Shown here one piece after another: positions 18,147-26,842 of a DNA stretch of 32,000 bases; position 1 is the stretch's first letter; every line of letters begins with the position of its first letter. The DNA is from Haloquadratum walsbyi C23 (lineage in GTDB: Archaea; Halobacteriota; Halobacteria; Halobacteriales; Haloferacaceae): positions 810,001 through 842,000 of the forward strand of contig NC_017459.1 of the NCBI RefSeq assembly GCF_000237865.1. The letters are read 5' to 3'. The notes below the pieces were generated by a model. It ran no database searches and was not told the origin of the DNA. It saw only the letters and a list, made by a program, of their open reading frames with translations. The position numbers were made by a program, and so were the translations under genes.

Positions 18147-19529
18147 ATGTTCGAGCAGCGTGGTCAGAATAGACAGAATACAGCTCAGATCCCAGCAAAA
18201 ACATCAGTGTCAGCTACACCACAAGAGTGTGCTGTGACTGCTGTGACTGCTGGTGTCAATGCGGCACATCCCGATCAAGTTCTCTCAGAAACACTCACAC
18301 GCGAAGGCGATATACTCTCAATTGCTAATAACCAGTACGATCTATCTAAGTATGAGGAAGTGAGTATTATTGGTGGTGGTAATGCTGCTGGTCGTATTAC
18401 ACAATATCTAACGACAATCGTTGATGATCACCTCACCGGTGGAATTGTCATTACAGATGATCCTGTTGATGCTGATCCAGTCAATGTTGTTACCGGAACC
18501 CACCCGCTTCCAAGTCGTTCAAATATTACGGCTGCCGAGCAGATGCGCTCTTATGCCTGTGACTGCGGCGTAAATACTCTTTCTCTCGTTGTGATTACCG
18601 GGGGTGGAAGCGCGCTCTTATCAGCGCCAGCTGAAAACATCGATAAATCTGCATTACGGAGAGTAACACAGGAACTAATTCAGTGTGGAGCACCGATTGA
18701 CCGTATTAACGCTGTTCGAAAACATATCTCAACAATTAAGGGAGGACAACTGGCACGAGCACTCACTCCAGCTCAGACAGTTGGTCTCATTTTCAGTGAC
18801 GTTACATCAGGCAATCCAAGCGTTGTCGCTAGTGGACCACTGTCACCGGACTCAACAACATATGCAGACGCATTGATGACACTCCGTGAGTACGATGTCA
18901 ATACGCCGGAGTCTGTTCGTATGCACCTGCAGCGCGGTGCCAACGGTGATATTGATGAGACGCCATCTGAACTGTCCTCATCAACATTTGATTCACCTAC
19001 GACAATTGTCCTCGCAGACGGGATGACTGCGCTTGATGCTGCGGCGAATGCATGCTCGAATCTTGGCTATGAACCACTGATTCTCTCTTCATCCATTCGA
19101 GGGGAGGCACGCGAAGCAGCAAAGACACACGTCGCTATCGCGGAGGAAGTTCAGCGAAATAAGACTCCAATTGACCCTCCAGCGGCGATTCTGGCTGGTG
19201 GTGAGACAACTGTCACAGTAACAGGTGATGGCGTTGGTGGTCCAAATCAGGAGTTTGCACTCGCAGCAGCACTTGAACTCCCATCGAACACAGCATTGTG
19301 TGCGATTGATACTGACGGATTTGACGGCCCGACTGACGCCGCTGGCGCAACTGTCACAACCGCAACTGTCAATGATAATGAGGCATCAGCTGCTCGTGCA
19401 GCACTCAAAGCAAACGATGCATACTCATTCCTCGATGACAATGCTGCATTGATGCTGTCAACGGAGGGGGCGACTGGCACCAATGTCAATGACCTTCGTG
19501 TTCTTACTATCCTAACGGAAGATACTTAA
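18147..19529 (+). CDS. Glycerate kinase, MOFRL/DUF4147 family
   Basis: Motifs IIGGGNAAG, VVITGGGSALL, RKHISTIKGGQLA, GGETTVTVTGDGVGGPNQEFALAAA and DTDGFDGPTDAAGA. Start taken at ATG 18147; the ORF track begins at TTG 18081. Confidence 0.8.
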   Translation: MFEQRGQNRQNTAQIPAKTSVSATPQECAVTAVTAGVNAAHPDQVLSETLTREGDILSIANNQYDLSKYEEVSIIGGGNAAGRITQYLTTIVDDHLTGGIVITDDPVDADPVNVVTGTHPLPSRSNITAAEQMRSYACDCGVNTLSLVVITGGGSALLSAPAENIDKSALRRVTQELIQCGAPIDRINAVRKHISTIKGGQLARALTPAQTVGLIFSDVTSGNPSVVASGPLSPDSTTYADALMTLREYDVNTPESVRMHLQRGANGDIDETPSELSSSTFDSPTTIVLADGMTALDAAANACSNLGYEPLILSSSIRGEAREAAKTHVAIAEEVQRNKTPIDPPAAILAGGETTVTVTGDGVGGPNQEFALAAALELPSNTALCAIDTDGFDGPTDAAGATVTTATVNDNEASAARAALKANDAYSFLDDNAALMLSTEGATGTNVNDLRVLTILTEDT

Positions 19530-19556
19530 TAGATCTAATGAAATATAATTATACGT

Positions 19557-20528
19557 ATGCCGGAGAGTTTCCCTGAATATCTCGATGTCGACTATACCGA
19601 TGGTAACGAAGAGACATCAACCGACTATCCGACAATTGAATCAAAAATTGAAAAAGCAATTACGGTAACCAAGCGTGGTCTTGAACAATATGAAAATCCG
19701 GTTGTCATGTGGACCGGCGGAAAAGATTCGACACTGACACTATATTTCATCGAAGAGGTGGCTCGCCAGTATGATCTAGAAACACCATCAACGGTCTTTA
19801 TCGACCATTTCCAACATTTTGATGAAATACATGATTTTGTTGATCGATGGGCAAATGAATGGGATCTTGATGTCATTTATGCTCGTAATAATGACATTGG
19901 TGAGTATGTTGATGAGCATGGGCTTGAACCAGGCGATGAAATCCCTGTTTCAGACCTTTCAGAACATAATCAACATCATGTGCGCGACCTCCTCGAATAT
20001 GAGGAAGATACATTCCCATTTTTACTTGACACATATGTCGGTAATCACCTCCTGAAAACAGTGGCACTAAATGATACACTTGAGAGCTACGGTGTCGATG
20101 GAGTCATCTCTGGTGTTCGGTGGGATGAACAAGAAGCCCGTGCTAAAGAGACGTTCTTTTCGTCTCGACATGACCCGGATATTTATCCACCACATGACCG
20201 CATTCAACCGATTCTTCAGTTTGACGAGCGCGCTGTCTGGGAAACGTTTTGGAACTTCGTTGTCCCAGATACCGTCTCTGCGTATCCTGATGAAGGATAT
20301 GTGCCAACAGGTGCTGATGACCTTCCAGATGGTGTGAGTATGAATGATGTCCCAGTTTCGCCTAAGTACTTTGCTGGATTCCGCTCACTTGGTAGTGAGG
20401 TCTCAACGGAGAAGACAACTGAAGAACCAGCGTGGCTGCAGGATGTCGAAAATACCACAGAACGGGCTGGTCGCGCACAAGATAAAGAAGATCTAATGGA
20501 ACGGCTTCGCGATCTTGGCTATATGTAA
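19557..20528 (+). CDS. PAPS-reductase-family PP-loop protein
   Basis: 323 aa with a PP-loop-like VMWTGGKDSTLTLYF and the motif GVRWDEQEARA. Acidic composition. Confidence 0.8.
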   Translation: MPESFPEYLDVDYTDGNEETSTDYPTIESKIEKAITVTKRGLEQYENPVVMWTGGKDSTLTLYFIEEVARQYDLETPSTVFIDHFQHFDEIHDFVDRWANEWDLDVIYARNNDIGEYVDEHGLEPGDEIPVSDLSEHNQHHVRDLLEYEEDTFPFLLDTYVGNHLLKTVALNDTLESYGVDGVISGVRWDEQEARAKETFFSSRHDPDIYPPHDRIQPILQFDERAVWETFWNFVVPDTVSAYPDEGYVPTGADDLPDGVSMNDVPVSPKYFAGFRSLGSEVSTEKTTEEPAWLQDVENTTERAGRAQDKEDLMERLRDLGYM

Positions 20529-20630
20529 TCTTAGCTGGTTTCAAGTGTTACGCCCGATTTCTCAACGAGCGCGTTAATCCGAGCAAGGTGAGGTAGTTCA
20601 TGTTAGCAGTTGTTGGCGGTATCATCAGTA

Positions 20631-20643
20631 TTATTCAGTCTGA
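20631..20643. repeat. Left 13-bp terminal inverted repeat TTATTCAGTCTGA
   Basis: Exact reverse complement of 21339-21351. Preceded by AGTA (20627-20630). Confidence 0.9.
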
Positions 20644-20666
20644 GAGAATAGGGACTCGGGATATTT

Positions 20667-21271
20667 GTGCCCGGTCAGTTCGGGACGTTCCCCGAGGAAC
20701 ACTCCCAAAGCGGGATTCGCCCGTACATGGGGTCGTCGCTCCCCGACGTGGAGAGCTACAACGACCTATTCCTCGTCCCGCATCCCAAACCGTCCGTGGC
20801 TGCTCGTTATCCGCCCTCGGGACGATCTGAACGCCCCGATATCCGGTTCCAGAACGGGATCCCGGCGCTGGCTCACGAGACGATCATGGGTCAGCCCGAC
20901 GACGCTCGGAAACAGCAGCAGACCACGCGCTGGTACGTGACCGCCTACTTGCACGCCGATGACCGGACGCTCTACCCCTCGGCGAGGTCGTGCTTGACGG
21001 CCTCCAGTTCGGAGTACCCGAAGGCGAACAGCGTAGACACGTGCCCTGGTGGTGGAGCGTAGACGATGAAGCGCAGCTGCGCCACCGCTTGGAGAAGCTC
21101 ATCGAGGGCGGCGACGTATATGAATTGGAGACTGCCGATCACGACGTGGTCGTCGGCTACGATGGCGACCGTCCAGTGGAGACCGCGATGTCCGGACTCA
21201 CCCGCGTCGGGTATCACTCGATGCACGGCTTCGGAGAGATACGAGCGACACCACCGTCAAGAAACAGATAG
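20667..21271 (+). pseudogene. Frame-broken coding remnant of unknown function inside the GC-rich block
   Basis: The frame starting at GTG 20667 has strongly G/C-biased third positions up to about 20975. From 20963 the frame of ORF 20990-21271 carries the codon-like signal and an acidic product (VDDEAQLRHRLEKLIEGGDVYELETADHDVVVGYDGDRPVET). Confidence 0.35.
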
Positions 21272-21338
21272 AAAAGCCGAACTCAGAGCACTGACGAACG
21301 AACTATGACCGGCAAGGATTCCGCGGTGTCCTGGTCGG

Positions 21339-21351
21339 TCAGACTGAATAA
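21339..21351. repeat. Right 13-bp terminal inverted repeat TCAGACTGAATAA
   Basis: Exact reverse complement of 20631-20643. Followed by AGTA (21352-21355). Confidence 0.9.
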
Positions 21352-21466
21352 AGTAGATCACATTGCCAATGACTGTTAGTGAACTGTTTGCATATGGGAA
21401 GATATTCGACACGGTGGCTTTTGATAGCGTGTTCTGATACTCGTATGTTTCTCTTTTCTGACTCGC

Positions 21467-21490
21467 TCACGTTGGTCATCACGTTGGTCA
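21467..21490. repeat. Perfect 12-bp tandem duplication (TCACGTTGGTCA x2)
   Basis: The two copies are 21467-21478 and 21479-21490, in the spacer upstream of the Dph6-like gene. Confidence 0.9.
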
Positions 21491-21605
21491 CTTCTTGATG
21501 AGGGGGTATTTTAGGCTTGATTTCAAATATAATACTGTACGTACATTCGGGTAATACTGTAATAATCATATACAATATGACCTACTATCATCGAAATCCT
21601 ATATT

Positions 21606-22355
21606 ATGAACATATCAGCTGATAATCAACCTCAACAGACATCCAATCACTGGGTGAGTCTTTTCTCGGGTGGTAAAGACTCCTCATGGGCATTATATCG
21701 CGCGCTTGAGGATGGGCGTGATGTCACACATCTGCTTACCGTCCATCCGAGTGCAGATTCATATATGTATCACGTTCCTGAAACGAAACTTGCACAACTT
21801 GCAGCTAAAAGCGCTGGAATTGAACTGATAGAAATCAATCCAGATGATTTTGATGCATCAAATGCAGTCGATGCGGGCACGCAGGGTGATCGCGAGTTAG
21901 AGCCGCTTGAGAATGCGGTTGAAGCACTCGATAAGACGCTTACAGGAGGTATCACTGGTGTCACCGCCGGCGCGGTCGAGAGTGAATTTCAGACTGATCG
22001 AATCCGTGGAATGTGTAATCGACTTGATATTGAACTCTTCGCACCACTTTGGCAGCGCGACCCAATAACACTCGCTGAGAACATGATTGCTGCAGGGTTC
22101 GAGATTACCATTATTCAGGTCGCAGCGCGCGGTCTTGATTCCTCATGGCTCGGGCGTACTCTTGATACCGAGACATTGTCAGAACTTATTACGCTCAATG
22201 ATCGTCATGGAGTACATATACTTGGTGAGGGTGGTGAGTTTGAGACGTTTGTAACTAATGGTCCGCATCTCTCTCGACCGATTGAACTTGAGTATACAAC
22301 TATTTGGGAGGGAACACGTGGGTATATTGATGTGACCAATGCAACGCTTAGCTGA
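21606..22355 (+). CDS. dph6: Diphthine--ammonia ligase (Dph6, MJ0570-family PP-loop ATPase)
   Basis: 249 aa with the PP-loop SLFSGGKDSSWALY and the family-typical GEGGEFETFV. Confidence 0.8.
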   Translation: MNISADNQPQQTSNHWVSLFSGGKDSSWALYRALEDGRDVTHLLTVHPSADSYMYHVPETKLAQLAAKSAGIELIEINPDDFDASNAVDAGTQGDRELEPLENAVEALDKTLTGGITGVTAGAVESEFQTDRIRGMCNRLDIELFAPLWQRDPITLAENMIAAGFEITIIQVAARGLDSSWLGRTLDTETLSELITLNDRHGVHILGEGGEFETFVTNGPHLSRPIELEYTTIWEGTRGYIDVTNATLS

Positions 22356-22372
22356 ATATCATGTCTTTGTCT

Positions 22373-23335
22373 TCATTGTCGGATTTGTGAATATGACCCA
22401 ACGAGTGTCTCAGTGAGATCAACCGCTTCAATGCTACTTTCTTCATCAATAACGCTATCACTGACCGTTGCAGCATCAATATTCGTGTTCTCAAAGACAA
22501 CTGTCCGTTCAAGTTCAGAATCAACAACAGACGCTCCAGCCATCAGATGCACATTATTGCCAAGCGTTGAGTCCTCGACAGTTGCTGTATCATCAATAAA
22601 TGTCTCTCCATCGAGATACCACGATACGGCATCAAGATAACTTTCTGGTGTTCCAATATCAAACCATGCACCATCGAATGTGAATGCATGCACGGACCCT
22701 CGATTTTGCAACCATTGCATTAACCAGCCAGGCTCATCAGGGTTATTTCCGTCTGCAAGATATGTTTCAAAATTGGGGAGTGTCTCTGCTGGGAACGCAT
22801 AGCATGCAATCGAGACAAGCGTGCTTTGTGGATTATCTGGTTTTTCTTGGAAGTCAATCACCTGATCATCATCAAGCTGTACAAGTCCATATGATGACGC
22901 ACGATCTTTCGACCCGACGTCATATGCAGCCAGACATGGTGTTTGTTTTGATTCAAAGAAGTCAACGAACTCACTAAGATCGAATGAAAGTAAATTATCA
23001 CCAGCAACAACAACAAGATCATCTGAAACGTTCTCACGATCAATTAACTGCTCAAGCGCACCAACAACCCCGAATTTTTCATCCTCCTCGCTTGTATCTT
23101 CAACAGATAGCGTTGGTTTCTCGTATGATGATGATTCGATATATGACTCAAAATCATCAGCAAAACGTTCATTCGTACTGACAAATACTTCATCAACCCG
23201 GTTATCAGCCTCAAGATCCTGAAAAATAATATCAATAACAGTCCCATCACCGACTGGAAGAAACATCTTGGGTCTGTCTTTAGTTATTGGCCACATCCGT
23301 GTTGCGTATCCACCTGCGAGGACGACTGCTTTCAT
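22373..23335 (-). CDS. Sugar-phosphate nucleotidyltransferase
   Basis: N-terminal signature VVLAGGYATRMWPITKDRPKMFLPV, with a C-terminal hexapeptide-repeat-like region. The sugar specificity cannot be determined from the sequence. Confidence 0.85.
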   Translation of the reverse strand: MKAVVLAGGYATRMWPITKDRPKMFLPVGDGTVIDIIFQDLEADNRVDEVFVSTNERFADDFESYIESSSYEKPTLSVEDTSEEDEKFGVVGALEQLIDRENVSDDLVVVAGDNLLSFDLSEFVDFFESKQTPCLAAYDVGSKDRASSYGLVQLDDDQVIDFQEKPDNPQSTLVSIACYAFPAETLPNFETYLADGNNPDEPGWLMQWLQNRGSVHAFTFDGAWFDIGTPESYLDAVSWYLDGETFIDDTATVEDSTLGNNVHLMAGASVVDSELERTVVFENTNIDAATVSDSVIDEESSIEAVDLTETLVGSYSQIRQ

Positions 23336-23438
23336 AGCCTAGGACTTTTTCTGGAGTGACAAGTATGTTTCCAAACAACATGAAACTACAGTGAATCGTC
23401 CTGAAATATATATTCTCCCGGAATTGCTATTGATATGA

Positions 23439-23855
23439 ATGGGTCAAGATAATCCACCATCTAATGCAGAGTCGGCGCATTATTCAGGATCTAAGACGAC
23501 CGCAGAATCACAGTCGATAACCGACAGTACAATAGACCGAAATGACAATACAACAATACGAACGGATGCGCAAACAACACGGGAGCATATCAGAGCCGAA
23601 ATCCAGACAACACCGCAAACAGCCTCAGAACTGGCAACAATAGTCAATACTGCTCGCAGTGCTGTGTTTGGACATATTGACCATATCGCACAGAGTGTTA
23701 ACGCGTCCCCTGATGAACAGTTCTTAGTTGCCCCTCCAACGTGTGAGCGCTGTGGTTTCGATCAGTTTGATGATCCGCTCAATAACCCATCACAGTGTCC
23801 AGACTGTCGTTCTGAACGACTATCAGAACCAGAGTTTATTATTAAACCATTGTGA
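23439..23855 (+). CDS. HTH-domain protein with a C-terminal zinc ribbon
   Basis: 138 aa. It has a low-complexity N-terminus, an HTH-like segment (TASELATIVNTARSAVFGHIDHI) and a CERCG...CPDC zinc ribbon. Confidence 0.7.
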   Translation: MGQDNPPSNAESAHYSGSKTTAESQSITDSTIDRNDNTTIRTDAQTTREHIRAEIQTTPQTASELATIVNTARSAVFGHIDHIAQSVNASPDEQFLVAPPTCERCGFDQFDDPLNNPSQCPDCRSERLSEPEFIIKPL

Positions 23856-23864
23856 TAGACTGGT

Positions 23865-24431
23865 CTAACCATCACCGTTGGAGTCTACAATAACAACTGT
23901 TCCGTCCGTTACGCGAACATTAATGAGCGTTTTTACATCATGATCACTCTCATCAAGTTCGTTTGGACCAGCTTTTTTGATCACAGCAACGGTATCAACA
24001 ACTTCTGCACCGATTTGATCAAGTGCATCAAGCACCGCCCGCATTGTTCCGCCTGTCGAAAGAACATCATCGAGAACAAGAACTCGCTCGCCGTCACGGA
24101 CATCATTAATATACATTTCATTCTCAGCATAACCTGTTTGTTGACTAAGTGAGACTTCACCCTCTAGCCCATACTGACGTTTTCTGATGACGACAAGTGG
24201 AATATCTGTCATCAACGATACAGCCGTTGAGATGTGAATCCCCATCGCTGCTGGTGTTACAATTTTGTCAACATTGTCAACCTCTACCTTCCGAATAATC
24301 TTAATGACAATTTCACGGAGTAACTCCGGTCGTAATACCGGAACGCCATCACTAACTGGGTGCACAAAATATTCATAATCCCCTTTTTCAATAATCGGCG
24401 CCTCAAGCAGCGATTGCCGCAGCTGATCCAT
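23865..24431 (-). CDS. hpt: Purine phosphoribosyltransferase (archaeal hypoxanthine/guanine PRT type)
   Basis: 188 aa with the PRPP-binding motif [19 protein letters not shown]-like TTTTATATAT lies 20-27 nt upstream of the ATG on the coding strand. Confidence 0.8.
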   Translation of the reverse strand: MDQLRQSLLEAPIIEKGDYEYFVHPVSDGVPVLRPELLREIVIKIIRKVEVDNVDKIVTPAAMGIHISTAVSLMTDIPLVVIRKRQYGLEGEVSLSQQTGYAENEMYINDVRDGERVLVLDDVLSTGGTMRAVLDALDQIGAEVVDTVAVIKKAGPNELDESDHDVKTLINVRVTDGTVVIVDSNGDG

Positions 24432-24687
24432 GCCGACGGTACTCTATGTCATATATAAAAGCTGACGATTCAAACTGTTGCAAGTGAGCCTATTTTCTCT
24501 CATTGCAAACTATCTAATTCTCTGTGATGAATCGAACCCATATTACAGTTTTGACCAAAATAACTACCAAATTATATTAATCAGGTTATGAGCATCCTCC
24601 GCTCGATAACTCTTATATCTTGTATCTGGGATTGTTTCCTGGATATACATGTATTAGAGAAATATATCGACTACTGAGTAGGATAAT

Positions 24688-25116
24688 TCAACGAACCGGT
24701 GCTATTGACGTTGCAAGTGTTGTCCCTCGTCTATTGTTTGCCGACTTCCAGATAATCCGAATTGTTTGACCGTTCCATTCCTTTGTTATACTATATTGTG
24801 CCGTCTCTCCAACACTGAATCGATTATCTTTGCCAGCAACAGCATCAAACGATAATTGAGGCGTGAATTCGATGTCACCCGCCAGCATGAGTTGTTTCGG
24901 GTCAATTGCATCCCCGTTTGAATGCCTAATTGAAACAGTCGTGTCATCAATATATGTGAATGAGATAGTCGCCTGTGGGGTTGTGTCACCAAGTTGATCA
25001 CCGAAGTTCAATACAAATCCACCAACGACAGTTGCAAGCAATACTGTAATTGCAATCATCAGGATAACGCCAATAACAGGCGATACACCTCGCTCATCTG
25101 ATTGATAACCGTGCAT
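24688..25116 (-). CDS. Archaeal type IV pilin-like protein (DUF1628 type)
   Basis: Class III signal peptide pattern ERGVSPVIGVILMIAITVLLATVV, followed by a soluble domain of about 100 aa. Confidence 0.8.
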   Translation of the reverse strand: MHGYQSDERGVSPVIGVILMIAITVLLATVVGGFVLNFGDQLGDTTPQATISFTYIDDTTVSIRHSNGDAIDPKQLMLAGDIEFTPQLSFDAVAGKDNRFSVGETAQYSITKEWNGQTIRIIWKSANNRRGTTLATSIAPVR

Positions 25117-25325
25117 AACTACCAGCTATCCTCTCGTTTTCGTATTTATTCTCTCTTGATTCGATTCACTCGACCACTGAGCGGCACTCGACACTATCTG
25201 AGTATATCATCCAGATACAATCGAACGGAAGACGTATTTGGATGCTTGAGCAATTGCCAACAACACATGAGCCGAGAGCACAATAACGTACAACCACCGG
25301 ACATTCACGCCGGAGGTGGGTAATA

Positions 25326-26516
25326 ATGGCGGGTAGCACCGCAAATGACGCATATTCTCGTCTGCTCGTCCCTGTCAGAGATTCCACAACGATTCGAAAT
25401 ACCGTCGCGTACGCGATTCGCGCCGCTGAGTCGGCAGCGGAAAAAACGGCTGCAAACCCAACCGTCCATTTCGTGTATCTCTCACGACAGCGAGCATTTG
25501 ATAGCGACTCAATTAATAATATCTCTTCGGCTGATGAGTTTTTAGAGCGCGTATCTGTGTGGGCAACTGAAGATGTGAATGATATCCAATCAGAATCAAT
25601 GGTAGAATCAGCAGGTTCTGAGGATCTTGATACTGCCGATGAGACTATTATAACAATTGAGACGACACTGCTTGGGACAGATCGATATCTGTTTAGTCCT
25701 ACTGATTTTGCCGAAATTACTATTGATTACGCTGAAAAGCACAATCTTGATCGGATCATTGTCGATCCTGAATACCAACCTGGCGGAGGAGCACCAATGC
25801 TTCGGTCATATGAGACAGCGCTCACGCAGGCGGACTGTACCGTTGAGGAGGCTCCGGTTGAACGTCGAACGAGTCGATCGCGAATAGAAACACCCTCAAC
25901 GCTGATGAAAGGCATTGCAACATTCGTTATCTGTAATGCGTTTTATCTCCTTATTGCTGGATCAATCACTCCATTTAATCTGTTAACTGGTGCAGTGACT
26001 GCACTTGCTGCGTCGATTGCTTTTTCCAATATTACATTCACTACCTCACCACGGCTTACAAAAACTGGTCTCCGCGTGCTCCGAATGGGCTTGTTTATCC
26101 CGTATCTTCTCTGGGAAATTGCAAAAGCGAACCTCGCAATTGCGTATATCATCCTCCATCCATCGCTTCCAATCGACCCAGAGATGCAACAGTTTCGCGC
26201 TGGCGTTCGGGGGGCAGTGTCAGTCATGACACTTGCAAATAGCATCACACTCACTCCTGGAACATTGACCGTTGATGTTGATGATGATGGGCTCTACATT
26301 CACACATTGACCGAAAGCGCACGTTCTGATCTTAGTGCTGGTGGTCTAGAACGGGCAGTCCGATTCGTTTTCTATGGACGGGCAGCCGCCCGATTCCCAG
26401 CACCGACAGAGCGTGATAGCATCCTTTCAATTACGACTGAGTCTGAGTCTGGTGAGCTCAGTACGGATGTCATCTCCGATCCCTCGTCATCACAGACGCC
26501 ACAGGAGGCTGATTAA
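25326..26516 (+). CDS. mrpE: Mrp antiporter subunit E with a long N-terminal USP-like extension
   Basis: The C-terminal ~200 aa are MnhE-like (LIAGSITPFNLLTGAV..., LWEIAKANLAIAYIILHP, ANSITLTPGTLTVDV). The N-terminal ~185 aa are soluble, with a USP-like pattern (RLLVPVRDS...VHFVYL...DRIIVDPEY). The SD motif GGAGGTG (25312-25318) lies 7 nt before the ATG. Confidence 0.85.
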   Translation: MAGSTANDAYSRLLVPVRDSTTIRNTVAYAIRAAESAAEKTAANPTVHFVYLSRQRAFDSDSINNISSADEFLERVSVWATEDVNDIQSESMVESAGSEDLDTADETIITIETTLLGTDRYLFSPTDFAEITIDYAEKHNLDRIIVDPEYQPGGGAPMLRSYETALTQADCTVEEAPVERRTSRSRIETPSTLMKGIATFVICNAFYLLIAGSITPFNLLTGAVTALAASIAFSNITFTTSPRLTKTGLRVLRMGLFIPYLLWEIAKANLAIAYIILHPSLPIDPEMQQFRAGVRGAVSVMTLANSITLTPGTLTVDVDDDGLYIHTLTESARSDLSAGGLERAVRFVFYGRAAARFPAPTERDSILSITTESESGELSTDVISDPSSSQTPQEAD

Positions 26517-26842
26517 TGACTGCATCGGTAATAGCGATTATACAGGTCAATATCGGTGCTAGTCTGACTGACCCAGTTGAAGCCATCTTAATTGGGGCTG
26601 CTATCATTCTCATTCTATCAGCAGTCATCGTCTCATATCGAATCGTGTTTGGTCCAACGATGCAGGATCGGGTGATTGCTGTAAACAGTGTTGGGACAAC
26701 AACGGTAGTCGTCTTAGCACTCCTTGCGGCAGCACTTGACCGCCCTGGTTTTCTCGATATTGCCCTTGTATATGCAATGTTGAACTTCCTGATGAGTATC
26801 GCTATCTCGAAATTCACTGTTGAGCGTGGAGGTGTCATCTGA
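26516..26842 (+). CDS. mrpF: Mrp antiporter subunit F
   Basis: 108 aa, MnhF-like (YRIVFGPTMQDRVIAVNSVGT...LNFLMSIAISKF). The ATG overlaps the mrpE stop by 1 nt. The SD motif AGGAGG is at 26503-26508. Confidence 0.85.
   Translation: MTASVIAIIQVNIGASLTDPVEAILIGAAIILILSAVIVSYRIVFGPTMQDRVIAVNSVGTTTVVVLALLAAALDRPGFLDIALVYAMLNFLMSIAISKFTVERGGVI

Larger units (their letters stand above)
20631..21351. mobile_element. Candidate non-autonomous element: 721-bp GC-rich block bounded by perfect 13-bp inverted repeats
   Basis: The inverted repeats sit exactly at the AT-rich to GC-rich composition switches. AGTA abuts both ends, which could be a 4-bp target duplication. Inside there are only fragmented ORFs open in several frames and no transposase. 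The mobile nature is inferred. Confidence 0.45.

Noticed and set aside
20766-21226. Minus-strand ORFs inside the GC-rich block (20766-20954, 20884-21102, 20972-21226), considered as a possible transposase remnant
   Set aside because: No DDE, Y1 or TnpB-like motifs are recognisable. The positional G/C pattern fits the plus-strand frames better. They are treated as shadow ORFs of high-GC DNA.
21339-21575. 78-aa minus-strand ORF between the GC island and dph6
   Set aside because: It has a TTG start, an AT-rich non-acidic product, overlaps the right inverted repeat and contains the 12-bp tandem duplication. More likely a non-coding spacer.
24528-24545. GAATCGAACCC, which resembles the reverse complement of a tRNA T-loop
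   Set aside because: The flanking bases do not form a T-stem or an acceptor stem on the minus strand. The surrounding sequence is AT-rich spacer.
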